From: a virus
Length of the DNA stretch: 44,389 nt
Strand: one strand, 5' to 3'
Virus record (IMG/VR): IMGVR_UViG_3300045988_078919
Shown: one piece after another, positions 34,902 to 41,306 of the stretch
Position numbering within the stretch: the stretch's first letter is position 1
Layout of the letters: each line of letters begins with the position of its first letter
Program-made: the position numbers and the translations under genes
Notes under the pieces: model-generated
What the model was told of the DNA's origin: nothing
The model's database searches: none
The model's input: only the letters and a program-made list of their open reading frames with translations

Positions 34902-35081
34902 ATGGCGGAAATTATTGAAATTAAGTCTGTAAGTATGTCTCCGAATCCAGTAGAAGTTGGAGGAAAAGTTAAAATCAGCGTAGGGCTTGAAGTGAATGAA
35001 AGCGATGCTAGTTGCTTCTATTGCATATTTTCTTCTGAATTAGAAACAAGTCAAGCAACAATGACAGCAATGATAAGTTGA
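34902..35081 (+). CDS. small Ig-like-domain protein (59 aa)
   Basis: MAEIIEIKSVSMSPNPVEVGGKVKISVGLEV parallels IKSVTLTPNPVDCGKTFVISVEV at the C-terminus of the 33417-34328 product. It is below the ORF-track cutoff. Confidence 0.45.
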   Translation: MAEIIEIKSVSMSPNPVEVGGKVKISVGLEVNESDASCFYCIFSSELETSQATMTAMIS

Positions 35082-35095
35082 GGAAGGAGACATAA

Positions 35096-35407
35096 TTGAA
35101 TGACGAATACTTAAGAAGGCATGAGCATGAAGAGTTTGCCAAAGGCGTAGACCGTGAGCAAGTTCGGCAGAATAAAAGAATTGCAGATCTAGAAGTAACA
35201 GTAAGACAGATTAACAACCTCACGCTGTCTGTGCAAAAGCTTGCGATCAACATGGAACATATGCTCGTTAATCAGACAGAGCAGAGCAAACGGCTTGAAG
35301 AGTTGGAAAACCGAGACGGAGAGAAGTGGAGAAGCATCTCTATGCATGTCCTGACTGCGTTAATTGGAGCAGTGATCGGATTTGCTCTGCAGCAAGTTGG
35401 AATCTAA
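35096..35407 (+). CDS. xhlA: XhlA-like lysis-associated membrane protein
   Basis: TTG start after AAGGAG. A coiled N-terminus is followed by the C-terminal TM segment MHVLTALIGAVIGFALQQVGI. It lies before the holin and lysin genes, as in PBSX. Confidence 0.65.
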   Translation: MNDEYLRRHEHEEFAKGVDREQVRQNKRIADLEVTVRQINNLTLSVQKLAINMEHMLVNQTEQSKRLEELENRDGEKWRSISMHVLTALIGAVIGFALQQVGI

Positions 35408-35421
35408 GAAGGAGAGATAAA

Positions 35422-35796
35422 ATGAAAGAATTATTTGAACAGAATAAAGTACTATTTTTAGCAGTGATCACAATTTTGATTGCTGTTTTTTTAATTAAGA
35501 AACTGATTGAATATGTGCAGAAAAAAGGGTTGGAAGGAATCAGACTATATGTCTATGAGCTGTTCGTGGAATCAGAGGAACTATTCAAAGAATCTGGACA
35601 AGGGCAAGCTAAGTTTGATTACGTAATACAGCTGGCAAGATCGCTATTACCGAAGCCAGTACAGATCTTTGTGACCGATAGTATGTTAAAAGAAGCTGTG
35701 CAACTGTGGTTTGACGGTATTAAAGATCTACTCGATGATGGTAAATTAAATGCTTCAATTTTAGAAGAAAGAGAAGAAGAGAGAAAAGGAGAGTGA
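35422..35796 (+). CDS. holin (LL-H-type)
   Basis: I prefer the ATG at 35422, after AAGGAGAG, over the track start at 35326. An N-terminal TM segment VLFLAVITILIAVFLI is followed by a soluble C-terminal domain. Confidence 0.6.
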   Translation: MKELFEQNKVLFLAVITILIAVFLIKKLIEYVQKKGLEGIRLYVYELFVESEELFKESGQGQAKFDYVIQLARSLLPKPVQIFVTDSMLKEAVQLWFDGIKDLLDDGKLNASILEEREEERKGE

Positions 35797-36476
35797 TCGG
35801 AATGGCACACGTAACAAATAAATGCATCAAGCTTGTGAAAAAATTTGAAGGACTTTATAAAAAAGCTTATCGAGATGAGGTCGGTGTCTGGACGATCGGC
35901 TATGGAATTACTAATGCAGATAAATCTATCACAGGAGCAACGATAAAAGCTGGACTCGTGATCTCTGAAAAGACAGCGGATAACTGGCTTGAAAGATCAC
36001 TGAATAGCAAATATCTGCAAAAAGTCATGAAATATGATAAAAAGTATAATTGGAATCAGAACGAAATTGATGCCCTTGTATCTTTTGCATATAATATTGG
36101 CAGCATTGATGGGCTTACAGCTAATGGAACTAGATCTAGAGCCACGATTGCAGCTAAAATTTTAGAATACAACAAAGCTGGTGGGAAAGTCTACAGAGGA
36201 TTGACAAGAAGAAGAAAAGCAGAAAGAAAACTATTCTTGACAGCGACAAAAGCTAAGAAGAAAGCTAAGAAGAAAGCTGTGAAAAAAGTCTACGCAAAAG
36301 TTAATACTAAGCATGATCCGTTGACAATCAGAAAGTCTGCATCTTCGACAGCAGCAGTGCTTGGAAGAGTACCGAAGAAATCTAAAGTTGAAGTATTGAA
36401 AAAAGGCAGCACGTGGACGAAAGTTAAGTACAAGAGTGTAACAGGGTATTCAGCCACAAGATACCTTAAATTTTAA
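35793..36476 (+). CDS. endolysin: GH24 lysozyme plus C-terminal SH3-like wall-binding domain
   Basis: LVKKFEGLYKKAYRDEVGVWTIGYGIT is the T4-lysozyme-type catalytic motif. A Lys-rich linker follows, then YAKVNTKHDPLTIRKSAS...STWTKVKYKSVTGYSATRYLKF. Confidence 0.85.
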   Translation: MIGMAHVTNKCIKLVKKFEGLYKKAYRDEVGVWTIGYGITNADKSITGATIKAGLVISEKTADNWLERSLNSKYLQKVMKYDKKYNWNQNEIDALVSFAYNIGSIDGLTANGTRSRATIAAKILEYNKAGGKVYRGLTRRRKAERKLFLTATKAKKKAKKKAVKKVYAKVNTKHDPLTIRKSASSTAAVLGRVPKKSKVEVLKKGSTWTKVKYKSVTGYSATRYLKF

Positions 36477-36480
36477 TATT

Positions 36481-36511
36481 GACCGGGGGAGAAATCCTCT
36501 GGTCTTTTTTT
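36481..36511 (+). terminator. Rho-independent terminator after the lysis cassette
   Basis: 9-bp stem gaccggggg/cctctggtc with two G-U pairs, a loop agaaat, then T7. Confidence 0.7.
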
Positions 36512-36557
36512 ATTGCAAAAAAATATATAAAAACATCAAAAATAATATAAAAACATA

Positions 36558-36586
36558 TTGATATTTGTAGCTACATAATATATAAT
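36558..36586 (+). promoter_or_regulatory. consensus-like sigma-A promoter for the post-lysis moron genes
   Basis: TTGATA (36558-36563), a 17-nt spacer, then TATAAT (36581-36586). The direct repeat atataaaaacat lies upstream. Confidence 0.55.
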
Positions 36587-36648
36587 AAAATTACAGTTAA
36601 GATATACTTAACAAGTAAGGCAGGCAAGTAGCCAGAAAGGAGCGAAAA

Positions 36649-36789
36649 ATGGACGAAGGAATGAACTTAGGAGAACTGTTAAAAGAAACCGCAGAAGAGA
36701 ATCAGACAAGAAAGATTCTTGAAATTGTAAACCAGTGCGAAACACTGGAAGAAGCAAAGAGAAAAATAAAAGCCCTGCTTAATAAATAA
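36649..36789 (+). CDS. hypothetical small protein (46 aa)
   Basis: AAAGGAG RBS. Translation is MDEGMNLGELLKETAEENQTRKILEIVNQCETLEEAKRKIKALLNK. Confidence 0.4.
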   Translation: MDEGMNLGELLKETAEENQTRKILEIVNQCETLEEAKRKIKALLNK

Positions 36790-36874
36790 GCAAGGCTAGC
36801 CAAAACTAAAAGCTCAGGTGGTACTTGCCACCACCTGACACCCTTCGGGGTTAGAATAACACAATTGAACGAAA

Positions 36875-37081
36875 ATGGCAAGAGGTAGGAGAGTGAGAAC
36901 AATGGAGAAAAAGAAAATGGGCCGACCTACAGATGATCCAAAAACAATAGTGAAGCGAGCGAGAATGTCAGAGGACGATGTTAAAAAATTAAACGAATGC
37001 TGTGATATATTGCAATTAACAGCATCCGATGTAATTAGACTGGGAATACAAGAACTGTACGAAAAGATTCAAAAAAATTAA
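36875..37081 (+). CDS. ribbon-helix-helix (CopG-like) DNA-binding protein
   Basis: MGRPTDDPKTIVKRARMSEDDVKKLNECCDILQLTASDVIRLGIQELY. The true start is probably the ATG at 36901 or 36916. Confidence 0.55.
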   Translation: MARGRRVRTMEKKKMGRPTDDPKTIVKRARMSEDDVKKLNECCDILQLTASDVIRLGIQELYEKIQKN

Positions 37082-37101
37082 TGAAAAAATATAGATAATA
37101 A

Positions 37102-37132
37102 AGGATTAGAGTATATCTCTAGTCCTTTTTTT
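37102..37132. terminator. Bidirectional hairpin terminator
   Basis: aggattagag-tatat-ctctagtcct followed by T6. A-rich sequence lies on the other side. Confidence 0.65.
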
Positions 37133-37216
37133 ATACTTAAAAATGTAGGGTAATTCAATTTACATTGTGAAGAACGCAACCCATGTTATCCCTATTTAGG
37201 TTTAAATTTAGAAATT

Positions 37217-37471
37217 TTAATATGTTCCAACAATCTCAATTCCAAATTTCAATCTTTTCTTTGTAGGTTTTCCCTTTACTCCATACCCACCAAGAGCGAG
37301 ATCAATAGCATTTTCAGCACAATAATGGGACTTATAAATGTTATGATCATCCGGAAGATCAATGATCCATCCAGCAATTCCATCCTTATTATAAGCAGTT
37401 ATATAATGCTTTCTGTATTTTATAGTTTTTTTAGACGTGACACAGGCACTATCTTTCCATCTTACACGCAT
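37217..37471 (-). CDS. hypothetical protein (84 aa) at the edge of the presumed attP
   Basis: Within track ORF 37217-37618, only the internal ATG at 37471 has a strong RBS (AGGAGG 8 nt upstream). The protein starts MRVRWKDSACV. Confidence 0.55.
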   Translation of the reverse strand: MRVRWKDSACVTSKKTIKYRKHYITAYNKDGIAGWIIDLPDDHNIYKSHYCAENAIDLALGGYGVKGKPTKKRLKFGIEIVGTY

Positions 37472-37669
37472 AATGTATTCCTCCTGAGTTTTGTTGACAA
37501 ATAAGTTTTTTTGAATTAAAATTTCAAAAGATACCAATTTACGATGACAGTGTAATAAATCTAGTTCATAAAGTAAGCAGTTTGATGCAAAGTAATAAGT
37601 GAAGTCTGTATCTATCATGGTGGCGATGTAAAAGAATCACAACCATCACTGACACAAGAAGCCAAGCCG

Positions 37670-38020
37670 AAAAAGAAACCGATCATAATCTGTGGAGACT
37701 TTAACGTTGCAGCGACCGAACTAGATTTAAAGAATCCGAAAAATAATGTCAAAAATGCCGGATTTACACCGGAAGAACGTGAAAAGTTCAAGACATTACT
37801 TGACTCTGGATTCACAGATTCTTATCGATATTTACACCCAGATACAGAGAAGTATTCATGGTGGAGCTATCGATTTAAGGCAAGAGAAAGGAACGCCGGA
37901 TGGCGTATCGATTATTTCTTAACATCTGATTCTATCAAAGATAAGATCAAAGATGCGGAGATCTTAACCGATGTCATGGGTTCCGATCACTGCCCAATTG
38001 AATTAGATATAGACATTTAA
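37670..38020 (+). pseudogene. xth: 3' fragment (about 116 codons) of an exodeoxyribonuclease III / ExoA-family AP endonuclease gene
   Basis: Translation is [40 protein letters not shown]...[25 protein letters not shown]...[14 protein letters not shown], with GDxN, WRIDY and SDHCP motifs. There is no N-terminal half or start codon, and the frame is open only from 37586. The stop overlaps the integrase stop. Confidence 0.8.
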
Positions 38021-39570
38021 TCCTTCAGGAAAACGTCTAATATAAATTCTGTATTATTATCCCTGCTATATTCAATGGAGCTGATAATGCTTTTTAGATA
38101 AGTGTTTTTAATATCAGCATCAAGTGTTGGATCTAGCAGGGATTTTAATGCATCTGATAAGAGCATTATTTTCTCTTCGTACTCATCTTTTGTCGGAACA
38201 GAGTCCTCTAGATGATCCATTTGCTTTTTTATAGACTCAATGCGTTCTTTGTTAATAAGCTTTCGTCTGGTAAATTCTTCATCAGTTAAGATTCCATCTT
38301 CCCAGGCATCAAACAGCTTAGGCAGCTTCTTTTCTTGTTTTATCAATTCTTTTTGCAAGACTTCCAATTGGCTAAGAATGCTGTTTTCATCAACGTCAGG
38401 AAGATTATCTATTTTCATTTCAAAATCATCAATATACAGTTCCAAAGCATGAGCAACTGCATCAACGACATCTTTTAATACAGCAGATTTCACATTACAT
38501 ACTTGTGAAGTTTTATGTAAGATACGAGGTAGAGTATTGGGACGTTTTAAGTATCCTTGATAAATCATAGCTTTTTTGCATTTGGCACAGATCAATATAC
38601 CAGCAAGCGGATTCATTAATTTAAGGTTTGCTTTTGTTTTGTCGGAATAAAATCGAGAGGAAGCAGCATGAAAAGTAATTTCATCAACAATCCCTTTATG
38701 TTTACCTTCATACAACATATATTGACTGGTATGAGCTCTTGGCCTTGATGACACTAGATTCCCATTAACTAATGTTTTTGTTTGCATTCGATCATTCCAA
38801 CGAACTTTTCCAGTATATGTAGGATTAGTTAGTATTGTCTTTACTGTACCAATAGCCCATTCGGCACTGCCGGTATAAGTAGGAACTCCTAAACTGGTTA
38901 ATCTTTTGCAAATCTTACCAGGAGTTAAGTGTTCTTTTACAGTCCATTCAAAGATATTCTTAACGATCGGAGCTTCTTCAGGGTTTGGAACAAGGGTTCT
39001 TCCTGTTTTTGTTTTTAGGATATCGTATCCGTATGGTCGATAGGATCCCATGTAATTTCCTTCAACAACGGCCTGAAGTTTCCCACGCATCATTCTTTTT
39101 CGTATCATTTTATATTCTCTGCGAGACATAAATAATTCAAATTCCATATACTCTTCATCATCCGAACTTTGTACAATGTCATATACTTTGGTAGGTGTAA
39201 CTACCAAAACACCATTATTATTATTGGAATACCGTAGGCAATCCATGATGATTTGTGCATCCCCTTGGTTTCCACGAGATAATCTTGTAACTTCTACGAC
39301 TAAGATTCCCTTCCACATACCGGCATAGCAATCATTGATCATACGCTGAATCTCTTTTCTTGCTGCGATAGTTTCTCCGGATACGATTTCTCGGTAGATC
39401 TTACCAATTGGAAGCCCTTCCCTTGTTGCAAACTCTGTTAAAATTCTTTCATGTCTTGCTAAGGTTTCGCCTTCTCCAAGTTTTTCGGCTTCGGCATCTG
39501 CACGGCTTTTTCTTAAGTAAATGCAAAACTGATCTGATTCAGACAATCCTAATTGTTCCGCTAATGTCAT
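38017..39570 (-). CDS. large serine recombinase (integrase)
   Basis: N-terminal resolvase domain [12 protein letters not shown]... with the catalytic Ser in RKS. A recombinase domain, a Cys zinc ribbon (CAKCKK...C) and a C-terminal coiled coil follow. 517 aa. Confidence 0.9.
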   Translation of the reverse strand: MTLAEQLGLSESDQFCIYLRKSRADAEAEKLGEGETLARHERILTEFATREGLPIGKIYREIVSGETIAARKEIQRMINDCYAGMWKGILVVEVTRLSRGNQGDAQIIMDCLRYSNNNNGVLVVTPTKVYDIVQSSDDEEYMEFELFMSRREYKMIRKRMMRGKLQAVVEGNYMGSYRPYGYDILKTKTGRTLVPNPEEAPIVKNIFEWTVKEHLTPGKICKRLTSLGVPTYTGSAEWAIGTVKTILTNPTYTGKVRWNDRMQTKTLVNGNLVSSRPRAHTSQYMLYEGKHKGIVDEITFHAASSRFYSDKTKANLKLMNPLAGILICAKCKKAMIYQGYLKRPNTLPRILHKTSQVCNVKSAVLKDVVDAVAHALELYIDDFEMKIDNLPDVDENSILSQLEVLQKELIKQEKKLPKLFDAWEDGILTDEEFTRRKLINKERIESIKKQMDHLEDSVPTKDEYEEKIMLLSDALKSLLDPTLDADIKNTYLKSIISSIEYSRDNNTEFILDVFLKD

Positions 39571-39621
39571 ATATCATCATTCCTTTCTAAAAAAGGGTAC
39601 AAAAAATACACCCTTATCAAA

Positions 39622-39650
39622 TTGTGTTTTTGCAGGATGTATGATATAAT
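39622..39650 (+). promoter_or_regulatory. strong + strand promoter in the int / cassette spacer
   Basis: TTGTGT (39622-39627), a 17-nt spacer, then TGaTATAAT extended -10 (39642-39650). Confidence 0.5.
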
Positions 39651-39656
39651 TCTAGT

Positions 39657-39734
39657 GTTTAGGTAGAGACATATCATACACTACAATGTTGATAGGTTTC
39701 TAAAATTCGCCTGGTTGGTAGCCGGGCGTTTTTT
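39657..39734 (+). ncRNA. candidate ~80-nt small RNA defined by promoter plus intrinsic terminator
   Basis: The unit runs from the promoter at 39622-39650 to the hairpin cgcctgg-ttggtag-ccgggcg (39708-39728) plus T6. It contains no ORF, and an internal inverted repeat tgtatgatat/atatcataca is present. Confidence 0.3.
39708..39734. terminator. Hairpin terminator closing the minus-strand cassette (also usable on the + strand)
   Basis: 7-bp GC-rich stem with one G-U pair. T6 follows on the + strand. On the minus strand it follows the stop of 39733-40335 immediately. Confidence 0.6.
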
Positions 39735-40335
39735 ATTGGTTTTTCTGATTTTTAGCTATGGTTTGTTTTATATTTAATAATTTCATATTTTCTAGTAATA
39801 CTTTCCTATTTTCTGGTTCAAGATTTCTATATTCTTGTATTAAAGTTCTTTCTTGAGATGTGATTTCAAAATCTTCTTTTGCTGTATCATCAAAGTTGTT
39901 AAGATTTTTAATTAAAAGTTTGGTAGAACAAAGAATATCAAAAATAAGAGCAAACATTAAAAATAATGAAAATACTAATATTATTTTATATAGGTTAAAA
40001 TACTTAAAGTTACAAATTAAAATTATATTTTTTGTTAACGAAACAATAAATAGAGATACGATTAAAGCAAATAAGCCAATTGTATCTTCGATTAATTCTG
40101 ATAAAATACATTGTGTCCGTTCTAGAAATAATTTTGGATCATTTGTTTTTTCTTTGTATCGATCTAATATAGTGAACATTATAGCAACGATAGCGAAAGA
40201 AACCGCAAAACTGCTCATTAGTGTATTTAATATGGTTGAATAATTTATTATATTTACGTCATATCCATTTGTAAAAAATGAAACAATTGTTGAAGCTACA
40301 AAAATTATTATTAATTTTGCACTTGTTGATTTCAT
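39733..40335 (-). CDS. four-TM membrane protein with charged C-terminal tail (cassette gene C)
   Basis: AGGAGG RBS. Hydrophobic spans lie at about aa 7-24, 35-57, 84-104 and 113-137, followed by ~60 charged residues. The gene is very AT-rich. Confidence 0.7.
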   Translation of the reverse strand: MKSTSAKLIIIFVASTIVSFFTNGYDVNIINYSTILNTLMSSFAVSFAIVAIMFTILDRYKEKTNDPKLFLERTQCILSELIEDTIGLFALIVSLFIVSLTKNIILICNFKYFNLYKIILVFSLFLMFALIFDILCSTKLLIKNLNNFDDTAKEDFEITSQERTLIQEYRNLEPENRKVLLENMKLLNIKQTIAKNQKNQ

Positions 40336-40352
40336 TATTTCCTCCTTTCAAC

Positions 40353-41246
40353 TCATTTTAAATTAGTATCATCATTTAAATTAGTATCATCGATGGAATT
40401 AATATTATCAAAAGCTTTTCTTAAATGCAAGATATCGTCCGCTGTTAAATTTGAAATATTGTCGATATCAATGGTTTGCTGTGCTATACGGTTTGTACTG
40501 GATAAAGATCTAGATTTATCATTTGTCGTTATTTTCCATGATCCACATCCTGATGATGAATAGCTAACGGCATCATTGATAAATTCATCATCCTCAGGGA
40601 TTTTTAAGTTTCCTTGATCATTAGAAAATGAAAGTTTGGTACTGGTATTATTGAAAGATTTTTTACATTCATCTAATAATTCCGTTACGCTTCGTATACT
40701 TCCTAAGAAATTTCTTGCCGTAAGCTGAATTTCTAATTTTTTTATAGAACCCTTATTTTCTTTTACAAAATTCCAAAACTCTTGTTTTTCAGTAATGAAA
40801 TCAATAGAAATGGTTAATCCTTTGGGCTCAAAAATTTCATTTAGTGCACGTACCAGATCGTTTTTTTGTGTATCAAATTTTACAGAAAATTTTAAAGCTT
40901 TTTGTATAAGAATAATTTGTCTAGCTGTATTAATTGGAATATAAAAATTAACATAATTTGGAACAGATTGACTTTGAATATCGGTATCAGTCATTACACC
41001 TATGGTTTCTTCTTTGTTTTTAGCAAAATTTAAAATATAAGTGGTATCATCAACTTTAACACAATATATAATATATTGATCTTGCCCAATATTAATCGTG
41101 GTATGTTTATCTTCATATAACTGCTCAAGCCAACTATTAAAAATCTGTTCTTTTGTTTTTGTAAGAGATTCAAAAGTAATTTGATCATCAATTAAAAGAG
41201 AGTAGCGTGCAGTTGCATAAATACTATTTTTGGTTTCGTTTGACAT
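40353..41246 (-). CDS. hypothetical 297-aa soluble protein (cassette gene B)
   Basis: AAGGAG RBS. I cannot assign any family. It is Asn/Ile/Lys-rich, with the C-terminal degenerate repeat DDTNLNDDTNLK. Confidence 0.7.
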   Translation of the reverse strand: MSNETKNSIYATARYSLLIDDQITFESLTKTKEQIFNSWLEQLYEDKHTTINIGQDQYIIYCVKVDDTTYILNFAKNKEETIGVMTDTDIQSQSVPNYVNFYIPINTARQIILIQKALKFSVKFDTQKNDLVRALNEIFEPKGLTISIDFITEKQEFWNFVKENKGSIKKLEIQLTARNFLGSIRSVTELLDECKKSFNNTSTKLSFSNDQGNLKIPEDDEFINDAVSYSSSGCGSWKITTNDKSRSLSSTNRIAQQTIDIDNISNLTADDILHLRKAFDNINSIDDTNLNDDTNLK

Positions 41247-41306
41247 TATTAATTCTCCTTGGTTAGTTATGTAATTATGTCCAATAGTAGCTGTGTGGTT
41301 TAAAAA

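Noticed and set aside
37615-37815. Track ORF of 66 aa on the minus strand, and the 5' extension of track ORF 37217-37618
   Set aside because: The region is better explained by the + strand xth fragment. Only the internal ATG at 37471 of the minus-strand ORF has a ribosome-binding site.
39571-39732. attP in the int-upstream spacer, where the 10-nt inverted repeat tgtatgatat/atatcataca lies
   Set aside because: The arms are separated by about 24 nt, unlike the compact imperfect palindromes of serine-integrase attP sites. The xth fragment at the other side of int is a stronger positional clue, although this is not formally excluded.
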